IMG/VR virus record: IMGVR_UViG_3300024262_006558
Coordinates: 186,001 to 250,000 of that record
DNA length: 64,000 bases
Direction: 5' to 3' (one strand)
The notes beneath the pieces are model-generated. The model was given only the letters and a program-made list of their open reading frames with translations. It did no database searches and was not told where the DNA came from. This document shows positions 10,156 through 20,625 of the stretch, one piece after another. The number at the start of each line of letters is the position of its first letter. Position 1 is the stretch's first letter. Made by a program: the position numbers and the translations under genes.

Positions 10156-10818
10156 ATGAACAACACCACTGAGATAATCTGCGTATTAGACAGATCTGGA
10201 TCCATGAGCAGCATCAAAGCAGCTTCAATAGAAGGATTCAACACTTTCCTACAAGATCAAAAAGAAGAGGAAGGGGAAGCATTTATATCCGTACACCTTT
10301 TTGATGATCAATTTGAAACTCTTCAAGAAAGAGTTGCTATAAAAGATGCTCAAGAATTAAACGAAGGCAACTTTGTGCCAAGAGGGATGACAGCCCTCTA
10401 TGATGCGGTTTGCAAAACAATAAATGAAACAAACGGAGCTCATGCTTTATTAGCTGAAGACGAAAGGCCTTCAAAAGTTTTGTTTATAATCTTGACTGAT
10501 GGTGACGAAAACTCTTCACGAGAATATTCTTCTGAAAATCTTAAACAACTAGTTCAAGAACAGACTGACAAAGGGTGGGCATTTGTTTATCTTGCCGCAA
10601 ATCAAGATGCTGTAGAAACGGCTCAGAGCATGAATATTTCCGCATCTAACGCTATGAACTTCTCAGCTTCAGACAGCAGTTCTAAAGCGTTATACAGCTC
10701 TCTATCTAACAAGACCAAGATGTATAGATCAATGTCTAGCGTTCAAGCTAGATCAGCTTCACTGAACTTGTTTGACGCCGATGAGCAAGACGTTAGAGAT
10801 GACATTGACAAAAAATAA
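10156..10818 (+). CDS. vWA domain protein
   Basis: MIDAS motif LDRSGSM, TALYDA, ILTDGDENSS; ATG at 10156 lies downstream of a TATATTTG promoter. Confidence 0.9.
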   Translation: MNNTTEIICVLDRSGSMSSIKAASIEGFNTFLQDQKEEEGEAFISVHLFDDQFETLQERVAIKDAQELNEGNFVPRGMTALYDAVCKTINETNGAHALLAEDERPSKVLFIILTDGDENSSREYSSENLKQLVQEQTDKGWAFVYLAANQDAVETAQSMNISASNAMNFSASDSSSKALYSSLSNKTKMYRSMSSVQARSASLNLFDADEQDVRDDIDKK

Positions 10819-10926
10819 TTTTAGTATTTATTCTGAAGGGAAGATAAAAAGTTTATCTTCCCTTCTTGCTAAGAAGTAAAAATATCTTTAACTTTGACTA
10901 CATCTAGTCATTAAATAAATAAACAA

Positions 10927-11247
10927 ATGGGAGAAAACACAGTAGAGCTTACTAAAGATAATTTCGATGAAATCATATATGGAGAAAAGCCAGTAATAGT
11001 AGATTTTTGGGCTGAATGGTGCGGGCCTTGTAGATCAATAGCTCCATTGCTAGAAAAATTTGCAGGAGAACATGAAGAGGTTGTAGTTGGTAAGGTTAAT
11101 ATCGAAGATCAAACAGAATTAACATCTAAGTACGGAATTAGATCATTACCAACTTTCGCCTTATTTAGGGAAGGTAAGCTAGTTGCAACTAAAGTTGGAA
11201 TGCAATCAAATGAACAGTTGTTAGAATTAATAAAAGAAGAAAAATAA
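10927..11247 (+). CDS. trxA: Thioredoxin
   Basis: VDFWAEWCGPCR active site; GIRSLPT. Confidence 0.95.
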   Translation: MGENTVELTKDNFDEIIYGEKPVIVDFWAEWCGPCRSIAPLLEKFAGEHEEVVVGKVNIEDQTELTSKYGIRSLPTFALFREGKLVATKVGMQSNEQLLELIKEEK

Positions 11248-11251
11248 TAAG

Positions 11252-11629
11252 ATGGATAAAATTAATCACGCAGACATGGTTGCGGCTTTAGTTAAGCCAG
11301 GTCAAGACATTAAAGACTCTATAACTCCTGAGGAATGCGATTTATTGCATATGGCTGTAGGAGTTGCTGGTGAAGCTGGAGAATTGCTAGACGCAGTTAA
11401 AAAGCACATCATATACAGAAAGCCACTTGACATGGTTAACATGAAAGAGGAGTTAGGTGATTTAGAATTTTATATGGAGAGAATTCGACAAATTTGTAAA
11501 TTTTCTAGAGAAGAAGTTCTTGAAGCTAATATAGAAAAGTTAATGACTAGCGACAAGGCTAGGTATAAGCTAGGAAAATATACAGATGATGCGGCTCAAA
11601 ATAGAGCAGATAAAGAATCAGGAGAATAA
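11252..11629 (+). CDS. MazG-like nucleotide pyrophosphohydrolase
   Basis: GVAGEAGELLDAVKK...EELGDLEFY...NIEKL. Confidence 0.85.
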   Translation: MDKINHADMVAALVKPGQDIKDSITPEECDLLHMAVGVAGEAGELLDAVKKHIIYRKPLDMVNMKEELGDLEFYMERIRQICKFSREEVLEANIEKLMTSDKARYKLGKYTDDAAQNRADKESGE

Positions 11630-11644
11630 ACCCCATATATAATA

Positions 11645-12757
11645 ATGCAGCAATTCGTAGATTTAATTACCCGTATAATCAAAGAAGGCACTAGGAAAGA
11701 AGATAGAACTGGTACAGGGACAGTTTCTATATTCGGCCATCAATCCACATACAATATGGACAAAGGCTTTCCTTTACTTACTCTAAAAAGAACTTATTAT
11801 AGAGGGATATTCCATGAACTTTTATGGTTTTTAAATGCGGTTCCAGAAAAATATAAAGACTTTGGAAATACTAACATCAGATATTTAGTAGATAATAAAG
11901 TCAATATTTGGAATGAATGGCCTCATAAAAACTATAATGAAAAAAATCCAGACAGCCAACTAACTTTGGAAGAGTATGTTGATAAAATTAAAAATGATGA
12001 CGACTTTGCTTTTGAATGGGGCGATCTTGGCCCAGTTTATGGCAAGCAGTGGACAGCTTGGGAGCCTCCAGCTTGGAACATTGAAGGTGGCTTAATAAAC
12101 CAAGTTGACAAAGCGATTGATCAACTTAAGAACAATCCAGATTCAAGAAGAATTATTGTATCAGCTTGGAACCCTGGAGAAATTGATCAGATGCTATTGC
12201 CTCCATGTCATGCATTCTTTCAATTTTGCGCAGAGACATTATCTGATAACGAAAGATATCAGCTATACAATGTTAAAATGAGGGACATGGGCTGGGCTCT
12301 TAGAGCTTTTGATGATATACCAGAAGATGAGTTATCTCTGCATGAAATACCATCAAGAAGGTTAAATCTTCAATTATACCAAAGAAGCGCTGATGTATTC
12401 CTGGGAGTACCATTCAACATAGCTTCATATGCTTTATTGCTGCATATGGTGTCTCAAGTTGTTAATATGAAGCCAGGCAATTTTGTTCACACCATGGGCG
12501 ATGCTCACCTATATATGAATCATGAAAATCAAGTCAATGAATTCTTAAGTAGAACTGATAAGGATTGTGAAAAGGTTTTCGATTACTTCAACAACCCTAA
12601 AACAGCAGAGTCTATGCTAGGGTCTTATGAGGGACCTCCCTTGCCAACGCTTAAGCTAGATGATTCTATTAAAAATATTGAAGATTTTAGAATGGAGCAT
12701 ATAAACGTTGTAGATTATACTCCTTTAAAAACAATTAAAGCTCCAGTTGCAATTTAA
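11645..12757 (+). CDS. thyA: Thymidylate synthase
   Basis: DRTGTGT, GDLGPVYGKQW, SRRIIVSAWN, LPPCH, YQRSADVFLGVPFNIASY, GDAHLY. Confidence 0.97.
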   Translation: MQQFVDLITRIIKEGTRKEDRTGTGTVSIFGHQSTYNMDKGFPLLTLKRTYYRGIFHELLWFLNAVPEKYKDFGNTNIRYLVDNKVNIWNEWPHKNYNEKNPDSQLTLEEYVDKIKNDDDFAFEWGDLGPVYGKQWTAWEPPAWNIEGGLINQVDKAIDQLKNNPDSRRIIVSAWNPGEIDQMLLPPCHAFFQFCAETLSDNERYQLYNVKMRDMGWALRAFDDIPEDELSLHEIPSRRLNLQLYQRSADVFLGVPFNIASYALLLHMVSQVVNMKPGNFVHTMGDAHLYMNHENQVNEFLSRTDKDCEKVFDYFNNPKTAESMLGSYEGPPLPTLKLDDSIKNIEDFRMEHINVVDYTPLKTIKAPVAI

Positions 12758-12793
12758 ATGCATCTGTAGTATATTTAATTTAAAATTAAAACT

Positions 12794-13597
12794 ATGGGAA
12801 AAACCTTACAAGAGAAAATAGATGGAATAGATCTAAAGATACCAGAAGAGTTCTTTGTTTCTGAAAAGCAAGATAAGATTGACTTTACTCTATTAGAAGG
12901 GAAGACTCTCGTAGGTCTTCTTGGATATGCTAAAAGCGGAAAGGATACTGTTGCTGAAACTCTTGAGTCTAAGTATGGATATCATAAAATAAAATTTGGA
13001 GACGCTCTTAAGCAGGTTTTAAATAAGAATTTTAAAGAAATTGTATTTGAAGACCTTCAAAAAAAAGGTGAATATATCGAATTTAGTCAAGTAGACTTTT
13101 TAATAGAGGAAGATCGTATAATAAAAGAGAAGCTGAGACCTTATATGATATGGTTAGCTGAAACTCTGAGGCGAGAAAATGGGGTTCACTTCTGGACCAA
13201 CAAAGCTCTTAAGTCTATTGGTCCAGAAATAAAAAAAATTGTTGGCGCTGACTTTAGGCGAACTGATGAATTGGACTTCTTTAGAGGAAACTACAACTCT
13301 CTTAAAAGAGAGTGGAATAGCAGCTCTAAAGCTGGAATGCTTACTAAAAGTGTTAGAGATGAATTTGAAGCAAGAGAACTTGAAGTTAAAGGTTATTCAA
13401 CAAATCTATTCCTTGTTAATCAATATGGTTTAGAAGAAGAGGATTCTCTAACTAAAGACACTATTTTATTAGCATTGCATGAGTGGTTAATTGATGGAAC
13501 AGTAAATGTAGACTCAAGAATACCAGATGAGGGAGAGTATAGAAAAATCTTCATGGAGAACACCGTGACAAATCTTGCTCTAGATCACAAACTTTAA
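12794..13597 (+). CDS. Deoxynucleoside monophosphate kinase-like protein
   Basis: P-loop GYAKSGKDT, KFGDALK, ADFRR; adjacent to thyA. Confidence 0.75.
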   Translation: MGKTLQEKIDGIDLKIPEEFFVSEKQDKIDFTLLEGKTLVGLLGYAKSGKDTVAETLESKYGYHKIKFGDALKQVLNKNFKEIVFEDLQKKGEYIEFSQVDFLIEEDRIIKEKLRPYMIWLAETLRRENGVHFWTNKALKSIGPEIKKIVGADFRRTDELDFFRGNYNSLKREWNSSSKAGMLTKSVRDEFEARELEVKGYSTNLFLVNQYGLEEEDSLTKDTILLALHEWLIDGTVNVDSRIPDEGEYRKIFMENTVTNLALDHKL

Positions 13598-14016
13598 TTT
13601 GAAGGACCTAATGGGGCATTAGCTCTATTAGGTGTAACTTCATTAACATTATTAATAGCCGTTCTAATACCTAATTGTTTTTCTATAATTAGCTTTACAT
13701 CACCTTTTATTTCACCCTGCTCTTTAACGATTTCTAGAATGTTTTGATTCATAGGGTTTACTATCACAAGAATATCATTTTTAAAAGACTTCAAGTCCTC
13801 TCTTATCTCTAATCTAACCTCCTTTTTACTGGCTTCCATATCTTTCTTTAGCTGAGCTCTCTCTGAGCTAGAATTAAAGTAAAACCATGTAAATAATAAA
13901 CTTAGCAATCCAAGAAAGCCTCCTAATATCCAAATAGCCACTTTAACGGTTAGCGTGATCTTTGTAGATTCTCCAATGACTCTAGTTCCTATTTGTAGTT
14001 CTTTATCGTCAGACAT
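13594..14016 (-). CDS. Membrane protein with coiled coil (holin/hemolysin-like?)
   Basis: Single TM segment then coiled coil; ATG at 14016 avoids overlap with the upstream gene. Confidence 0.5.
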   Translation of the reverse strand: MSDDKELQIGTRVIGESTKITLTVKVAIWILGGFLGLLSLLFTWFYFNSSSERAQLKKDMEASKKEVRLEIREDLKSFKNDILVIVNPMNQNILEIVKEQGEIKGDVKLIIEKQLGIRTAINNVNEVTPNRANAPLGPSN

Positions 14017-14018
14017 GC

Positions 14019-14453
14019 TTAATAAGGGACTGGTGATGTATATGTAACTTTCACAATGGAGTTTGAATTTATACTCCAATAAGAAGCATAATAATAATCT
14101 CCCGTGACTAGCATCCAATTAGGGCCTATAACTATACCGTCTATTGTAATAGTGTAAGAAGGGATGTAAGTACCCATCTTTACCCATTGATTGTTTATTT
14201 TATTATAACTTTGATTGTAAAAATATACGTAATAGTAGTATACATAAATATACTTACCATTATAAAACATTTCATATGTATTTACAGATCTATCTACCTG
14301 ATAAGCTGTTTGCCCATACGAGTAAGAGTTAACCCAATTCTTTGAACCCTGAACTTTAGAAATATAGCGTACAGTGGATACTTGAGCATGGCCCAAGAAT
14401 CCTATAAAAAATAACGCTATAAATAATATAAGTTTAGAGATCGTAGATTTCAT
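14019..14453 (-). CDS. Secreted Tyr-rich hypothetical protein
   Basis: Signal peptide MKSTISKLILFIALFFIGFLGHA|Q. Confidence 0.6.
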   Translation of the reverse strand: MKSTISKLILFIALFFIGFLGHAQVSTVRYISKVQGSKNWVNSYSYGQTAYQVDRSVNTYEMFYNGKYIYVYYYYVYFYNQSYNKINNQWVKMGTYIPSYTITIDGIVIGPNWMLVTGDYYYASYWSINSNSIVKVTYTSPVPY

Positions 14454-16683
14454 CGTATCCGTTATTATGTGTAAAGTCTTTAATTAGCATGCCAGCAACA
14501 GAGTCAGCCTCATTTTCAATTTCACCCCCAATGTTCTGAACCTCTTCACCTAAGTTAAATTTACCTATTTCAATCTGTCTATTGTGAGTGAGTTCATGCG
14601 CTATAGATCTGCAAATATCAACTAGTGATCTACCTTGATAATTTATATGGTTGGAGTTCTCACTTGGAACATAAGACGCAGTAGTTTTAATGTACTCATC
14701 TCTTCCGTTTCTAAAGTGTATAGTAATAGGATTTTCCATACCAACCTTCAAACAGACAAATTCAACGAAATCCCTTAACAGCTCCATCTTTTCAGGAGTC
14801 ATCCCATCCCCTTTGTGGAAGAAAATAGAATTATCTCCATTTTTGGAATTATATTTAACCAATCTATCAACAGGTATATTTGGATTAAGAGGCCAATTTA
14901 TTCTTTTCCCACTAGGAGCAGAGTAAGACATCTCAGCACCCTCAAGCACTAAAGCTTGCGGTTTAAATTTGCTTGCATATCTTTTACCCATTCCTGGCTT
15001 AAGATAAGCTATAGTAATGTGCGGTTGATAGTTAGGGTAATCATTACTATGAGAAAACCCTTCCTTCATCACACCATTTAATCTATGAAGCTCTTTCCCA
15101 TCCACATCAAATTTTAGGACGTCATATTTATCCCCCTCGAAGCAAGACGCTCCTTTAACTTCTATTTTAAGAGGCCCTGAGCAATTATCTCTAGTTTTCT
15201 GTATAATGTCTTCGTAATCTATTTCATCATCGTGAAAGCCAAATAAAACAGTTGCATGAGGATCTTTTTCTAAGCCGAATCCAGGCTCATCTTCATACAG
15301 ATCTCCCTCTTCTATTTTAGATAATATTTTACTATCCCATGTAGGAATATCCATTTGCAACATTAAACACCCTTTTTCATACTTGTGATTTACACTACTC
15401 TCATTTAGATCTCCAGATTCCATTCTATCAAGCTTGTCGTAATATTTAGGATCTTCTAATAAATGATCTAAAGCTATTTCTTTAGCCATAGCCGCATCAT
15501 CAGTGTGCTCCATTTCTACTTGAACCCCTTTGTGTAATTGCGATATTATTTCCCATGAAGAAACACCATGCTTATTTGCGATGTCCTCATAAGTCATATC
15601 ATCAGATAAACCTCCAGGCACCATGTCTTCTTTAACTTTCTCTGGAAGCCCATCGTGATCGGTAGACGCGAAGTCTTCCACATCTTTATGACTCATATCT
15701 TTAGCCGCTTTACGAGCCTTTTTAGATGCTTTACTTAAAGGTATTTCTCCTAATTGTAAACCTCTAACTATACCAAAGAATCTCTGCTGAGATTTACTAC
15801 TTGATTCTTCATCTATAAGTTTAAACGCTTCAGCAAAGTCTTCATCTAAAGTGAGAGACTTGTCGAAAGAATTTATTTTAGTATCGGACAATTTTTCAAG
15901 GTAACCGCTATTTCTCAATGTTTTGAACGCGAGGTTTTCAACTGAGTATTCTCCCGCTGAAGAAAGTCCAGTTTGCCTCATTTTCCTAATCTTCTCTTTG
16001 ATAGCATCTGATTCACTCTCTCTTTCTTCATCATCTTTGATTCCAGCAAGAGCGTTAATCATATCAGCCATCATTTGAGATTTTTTTCTTACAGATTCTT
16101 TGTCTACTTTGACGTTTTCTTTCTCTGGCTTAACTATCCAGTCATCATTTTTAATAGAATAAATTCCAGAAGAATGATGCTCTTCTCTTTCATCCTGCAC
16201 ATACAATTCAACATCATGCCCTTTAACAGTGATGTCATGCTTCAAACCCCATAGAGCTTTCTGTATATCAAAGTAATCTCTTACAAATTCAGTGTTATCA
16301 TCGACATCATCAAAGTTGATGACGATGTGCAAGTCAATATCACTCGTATCAGTCCAGTTGTAGTTTGCCATACTACCAGTAAAGATAACGTCTTTAATAG
16401 GAGCTTTAAGACCAATGGATTCAATAAATTTAACAGCAATCTTCTTTAGCTGCTTTCTAATTTCAGACTTTAATTTATCTTGGTCATCCCATAATTCTCT
16501 ATTAAGATCATCCTGCACCCCAGAAGGCACAAACTTTTCTAAAGATTTATCAACAGCCTCACCAATCTCTTTTTTACTTTCACCTCTTCCTTTGTGGAAT
16601 CTGTAATAAGGATTATTTCTCCATTTAGCGCTATTAGCTGAAGCTAATGACATGTTTTTTGGTTGTTCGTTAATTCCAGGCAT
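14434..16683 (-). CDS. Multidomain protein: Pol-beta-like nucleotidyltransferase + DUF3008-like + DUF5661-like + 2H phosphoesterase + HExxH domain
   Basis: GSMANYNWTDTSDIDLH; SKSQQRFFG..DFASTDHDGLPEKV; VEMEHTDD..EIALDHLLEDPKYY; PHATV and PHITI; AHELTH. Confidence 0.75.
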   Translation of the reverse strand: MPGINEQPKNMSLASANSAKWRNNPYYRFHKGRGESKKEIGEAVDKSLEKFVPSGVQDDLNRELWDDQDKLKSEIRKQLKKIAVKFIESIGLKAPIKDVIFTGSMANYNWTDTSDIDLHIVINFDDVDDNTEFVRDYFDIQKALWGLKHDITVKGHDVELYVQDEREEHHSSGIYSIKNDDWIVKPEKENVKVDKESVRKKSQMMADMINALAGIKDDEERESESDAIKEKIRKMRQTGLSSAGEYSVENLAFKTLRNSGYLEKLSDTKINSFDKSLTLDEDFAEAFKLIDEESSSKSQQRFFGIVRGLQLGEIPLSKASKKARKAAKDMSHKDVEDFASTDHDGLPEKVKEDMVPGGLSDDMTYEDIANKHGVSSWEIISQLHKGVQVEMEHTDDAAMAKEIALDHLLEDPKYYDKLDRMESGDLNESSVNHKYEKGCLMLQMDIPTWDSKILSKIEEGDLYEDEPGFGLEKDPHATVLFGFHDDEIDYEDIIQKTRDNCSGPLKIEVKGASCFEGDKYDVLKFDVDGKELHRLNGVMKEGFSHSNDYPNYQPHITIAYLKPGMGKRYASKFKPQALVLEGAEMSYSAPSGKRINWPLNPNIPVDRLVKYNSKNGDNSIFFHKGDGMTPEKMELLRDFVEFVCLKVGMENPITIHFRNGRDEYIKTTASYVPSENSNHINYQGRSLVDICRSIAHELTHNRQIEIGKFNLGEEVQNIGGEIENEADSVAGMLIKDFTHNNGYDEIYDL

Positions 16684-17177
16684 TAGTTCATAAATATTTT
16701 GTATCTATCCTTTGGAGTGTTCTCCAGGGAATTAATTGCTTTCATTGTGTTCTTACCCAATTTCTCTCTCAATTCTTCAATGGAGTTATTATAGTCATAA
16801 ACTATGTCTTTTAGGTTTTCGATAATGCTAACATACATGTTTATTTTTTCAGCCAAATCCTCAGCTACATACATGTCTTGCTCAGAAACATCGTCTATAG
16901 TAAGAAAGTGGTCCATATAATTTTGAACAGCTTTAAATGGCTCACCTAAAGCTGTTAACTTTTCATCATACCCCTTTAGTTTTGAGGATGCATCCCCTCC
17001 AATACCTATTTTAAATATGCCTTGCTCTATCTTCTTGAGATCTTCGTGATTATCTTCGATTAGCTTGTTAAATACATTAACCTTTTCTTTCAGGTCTGGG
17101 TATTTCTCTAAAAGCTCTTCTAACTCGAACAGTTTGGCAATTTCTTCTTTGATGATTTTTTTTATACTAAGACTCAT
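16683..17177 (-). CDS. Hypothetical coiled-coil protein with N-terminal KKIIKEE motif
   Basis: MSLSIKKIIKEEI. Confidence 0.65.
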   Translation of the reverse strand: MSLSIKKIIKEEIAKLFELEELLEKYPDLKEKVNVFNKLIEDNHEDLKKIEQGIFKIGIGGDASSKLKGYDEKLTALGEPFKAVQNYMDHFLTIDDVSEQDMYVAEDLAEKINMYVSIIENLKDIVYDYNNSIEELREKLGKNTMKAINSLENTPKDRYKIFMN

Positions 17178-17257
17178 GTTGATCCACTTTTTTAATAAAT
17201 AGTCTATTTTTTTAGTGTCTTTGACAACAAATTCCTTACATTAGCGTTAATAGCAAT

Positions 17258-17611
17258 ATGGAAGCAAAAGGAACAATTTGGATCAACAATAAATTTGAGC
17301 ATACTGAAATATGGCCAGAGAAACAAACTTTACCCAGCCTAGCTGCTGGGGTACCTGATTTAGAAGAGCACTATAAAGAGTGTCTTGCTGGAAAAGTATG
17401 CACAGTAATGGACATCTCTAAAGCTGGGCCAAAGTCATATCTCGTTTTAGGGAATAGTGATAAAATGGGGCAATTTATATGGCTAATTGATGAGAAAGAC
17501 ACTAAAGGATTTGTTCCAATCATAAAAAAGAATGGAGTAGTTATGCCAGCGGGAATGAGCCCTATGGAACAATTCGCTTGGATGGCAAGAAGTGATAAAT
17601 CAGGAAAATAA
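17258..17611 (+). CDS. Hypothetical protein
   Basis: ORF track. Confidence 0.6.
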   Translation: MEAKGTIWINNKFEHTEIWPEKQTLPSLAAGVPDLEEHYKECLAGKVCTVMDISKAGPKSYLVLGNSDKMGQFIWLIDEKDTKGFVPIIKKNGVVMPAGMSPMEQFAWMARSDKSGK

Positions 17612-17994
17612 TGAGAATAAAACCTAGAGAATTCATTGTGTTATTAGCGCTATCATCAGCAGTATCATTTTCTACATTAAGCTGTTCTTCAGGAGAAAAG
17701 GACCTTTCCTATAAGAATGGTGAGAAATTTGAAGAAGTTATAGATCCACCTATCCTATGGAGAGTGGTACTTCTTTCCCCTAGTGGACATTTGGTGAAAC
17801 AGTGGCATTTAACAAAAAAACCAACTTGGTCAGGGGGTGAAGTGTTAAGATGCTATTTCTATGATCCGATCACTGGCGCTAATATAGTTTCCAAATACAC
17901 ATATATAGAGCCTTATTACGCGACAGAACCCAAAGATTCTATAGGATTGATAGATGGTCGTAATGATTCATTTTACGCAGATACCATAAAATAA
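17611..17994 (+). CDS. Putative lipoprotein
   Basis: Hydrophobic N-terminus ending TLS-C. Confidence 0.55.
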   Translation: MRIKPREFIVLLALSSAVSFSTLSCSSGEKDLSYKNGEKFEEVIDPPILWRVVLLSPSGHLVKQWHLTKKPTWSGGEVLRCYFYDPITGANIVSKYTYIEPYYATEPKDSIGLIDGRNDSFYADTIK

Positions 17995-18006
17995 TTCAAG
18001 ACACAT

Positions 18007-18040
18007 GCAACAAAAGTATGCATTTTACGTTCCTATATTA
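18007..18040 (+). promoter_or_regulatory. Putative promoter, motif C (GCAAC-N16-CGTT)
   Basis: Same motif and spacing at 21099, 29515, 31870, 33836, 52282, 59898 (+) and about 45297-45322 (-). Confidence 0.6.
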
Positions 18041-18059
18041 GGAACTAACTTGTAATGCT

Positions 18060-18911
18060 ATGAAAAATTTGATAATAATTTTATTGTTTACTTCATTTAT
18101 ATCTTCTGCCAATAAGATTAATTGGGAGAACTTCAACTATGAAGATTATAATACTGCCCTAACGGAAGAGATTTCAAAAGTAAGAGCTAATTTGCTAGCT
18201 CCTAAGTATGATACAATTTTATTAAAAGCGGCTCAATACCATGGATACTACACGGCTTCAAATGAGTTAGTTGGTCACTATGACACCTCTAATGTTATGT
18301 CTAAAACTTGTTCTGATAGAATAAGAATGTTCCTTCCTAGCGCAAGCATTGTAAGTTACTACACTTTATGTGAATTAGGCTCTAGCAATGTAATAGATGA
18401 TAGCTATAGCCGTGAAATAATTTGTTCATTCACATTTAACAAAAGCATAAAAACTTATAGAGACTTAGCTGTTTATGTGTTGAGCATTTACAAAACATCT
18501 CCAGGGCATTGGCAGAGAGTTGTATATGGAAACAATAACAATAACACTAGCGCTAGTGAAAGGGTGGCAGGGTTTGCTGGAATGATAGATGGTAAAGTTT
18601 ACTCAGTTATATTATTCTATGATGATTCATATTACCATGATAATCAAAAGTGTTTTATTTCATTGATAGATCAAATGGGTGAAGGTATCCACAACGATGC
18701 ATATGATTATGTGCAATTAAACAATGTGGCCGCAAAAAACAACTCTACTTTAAAAGTATTAGATATTGGGGGTGAGAAGTTTGAAATAAAAGTATCTATA
18801 GATTACATAAATCATATAGACGAAGGCTTAATAGATTCTAACTTAAGAGATAGAATAGATAGAGATCTTCAGAAAAGAAAAAGTGATTACATAAAAAAAG
18901 CGGGATTTTAA
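18060..18911 (+). CDS. Secreted CAP (SCP)-like domain protein
   Basis: Signal peptide; LLKAAQYHGYY...GH; SPGHW. Confidence 0.6.
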   Translation: MKNLIIILLFTSFISSANKINWENFNYEDYNTALTEEISKVRANLLAPKYDTILLKAAQYHGYYTASNELVGHYDTSNVMSKTCSDRIRMFLPSASIVSYYTLCELGSSNVIDDSYSREIICSFTFNKSIKTYRDLAVYVLSIYKTSPGHWQRVVYGNNNNNTSASERVAGFAGMIDGKVYSVILFYDDSYYHDNQKCFISLIDQMGEGIHNDAYDYVQLNNVAAKNNSTLKVLDIGGEKFEIKVSIDYINHIDEGLIDSNLRDRIDRDLQKRKSDYIKKAGF

Positions 18912-18925
18912 ATCCCGCTTTAGTT
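18894..18925. terminator. Bidirectional terminator
   Basis: AAAGCGGGATTT-t-AAATCCCGCTTT between convergent genes. Confidence 0.75.
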
Positions 18926-18926
18926 T

Positions 18927-20501
18927 TTACTTAACCGTTTTCAGTGTGATATTTGCAAATTGATCAGGTGCATACTTCTGAGCATTTTGCGGATCATTAG
19001 CATATTCAATGTCCCCAATTTTAGAAGTTGTATTTACTCCTGTAATTCTTTTAAGAATATCTGGATCTTTAACTTTAAGATCAACTAGAACTTGTTTTAA
19101 TAAAGCATCAGCTCTATCTTGCGCAAGCATTTTGTTGTTATCTACTCCAGCTTGTCCTGGAAGAGATTTAAAATTGTCACCAAGATTGTTGTTATCCTTA
19201 GTGTTGTCATATGATGTAGGAACTTGAGAAGAGTTACCATGAACCGTAATCTCAAATTTAGCTTCAGGATACTTTTCTACAAATACTTCAATTTGATTAA
19301 TCATTTCTTTGTAAGAATCCTTGTCAGTTTGAACGGTTGTTCTATTGTATTTGAAAAGATCATTCTCTTTAACAGACAGCTGTTCTGTAGAAGTTGAATC
19401 ACCTGGAGTCTCATTGCCTTCTATCCCTTTTCCATAAACCAATCCAATACTAATACTATTTCCCTTTACAGAAAAAGAAGTTTTACCTGGAGCTGCAATG
19501 AAATCTTTTGAACCTCCTTTTAATTTAGCAAAGTTAACGCCTTTTTTATCATAAAACGCGTTCTTGTTTCTAGGATTAGATTTTATTATGAAAAAACCTA
19601 CAAACTGCATAGTTTCTCCATTATTTGTTATCTCTTGAGGATAATCTGAAACCGTATATATAATAGGGGATTCATCCTCACTAGCAACAACTACATAATT
19701 TTTATTATCAGTAACACCTTTTACTGTATCTGTTTTATAAGCGTCATAGCTTCTTGATAATTGATGACCCCATCCAGCGCTTAACTTCTCTGATGTCTTC
19801 AACGTATAAGGAACTGCTATACCTCCAATATCGCTTCCATATTGATAATCTGAAACATCAATAGAAGCTTTCATGTCACTAATATTTTGATTAGTTAATG
19901 TATCTTGTACGAACATACCTCTTACAATACCAAAATTAAACACATCAGGTTTACCTTGAACATCAATACCTGCTTTCTCAGCAGCCATTTCTATTTTATC
20001 AGGATCAATACCAGCTTGTTCTAATTGTTGAGCGCTTGCTAAATTAGTACCTAACAAGTTAGCCATTATAGCAACAGTAAGCACTCCTCTTCTAAGATAC
20101 CTTTTAAGAACGTCAGTAATAGCCTCCTCAAGCATGCTAACCTCTTGTATTTTGTGCATTTCTGCCTCTAGAGCTAATTTAATTTCATTAAACACTCTTT
20201 CTTCTTGTATAACCTCAGACAAAATATCTCTGTCACCATCTGGCACAACTTGGTATTCAACCAAGTTGGAGAATCTACTTGTTTGTTCTGTAGGTATTAA
20301 TTTTTGCTTAGGCTTAGCGTCTTCAGCAACAAATTTGTCATTAAATTCATAAGAATTAGTAACTATCTTACATTGCTCAGTAAGACTTTTTATATCATCA
20401 AGTGTGATGTTTTTAAGTTCCTGGCGTTTTTTATCCGCTTCTTCTTTAAGCATTTGTCTTGCTTCAGAAATTACGTGCTTTTCGAAATCTTCTCTGTTCA
20501 T
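18927..20501 (-). CDS. Hypothetical protein with C-terminal OmpA-like domain
   Basis: LFKYNRT..ITVHGNSSQVP..NKMLAQDRA resembles the OmpA_C fold; E-rich N-terminus. Confidence 0.55.
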   Translation of the reverse strand: MNREDFEKHVISEARQMLKEEADKKRQELKNITLDDIKSLTEQCKIVTNSYEFNDKFVAEDAKPKQKLIPTEQTSRFSNLVEYQVVPDGDRDILSEVIQEERVFNEIKLALEAEMHKIQEVSMLEEAITDVLKRYLRRGVLTVAIMANLLGTNLASAQQLEQAGIDPDKIEMAAEKAGIDVQGKPDVFNFGIVRGMFVQDTLTNQNISDMKASIDVSDYQYGSDIGGIAVPYTLKTSEKLSAGWGHQLSRSYDAYKTDTVKGVTDNKNYVVVASEDESPIIYTVSDYPQEITNNGETMQFVGFFIIKSNPRNKNAFYDKKGVNFAKLKGGSKDFIAAPGKTSFSVKGNSISIGLVYGKGIEGNETPGDSTSTEQLSVKENDLFKYNRTTVQTDKDSYKEMINQIEVFVEKYPEAKFEITVHGNSSQVPTSYDNTKDNNNLGDNFKSLPGQAGVDNNKMLAQDRADALLKQVLVDLKVKDPDILKRITGVNTTSKIGDIEYANDPQNAQKYAPDQFANITLKTVK

Positions 20502-20625
20502 AGCTATTAATTGATCAATAATCGCAAACCGATTTACTTATAAATATCAAAAAAAACAGTATATTCAACTTTTTAATTTTTTTGTTGTAATTTGTTTTTT
20601 CACTTTCCTTTCTTTAGATTTAAGC

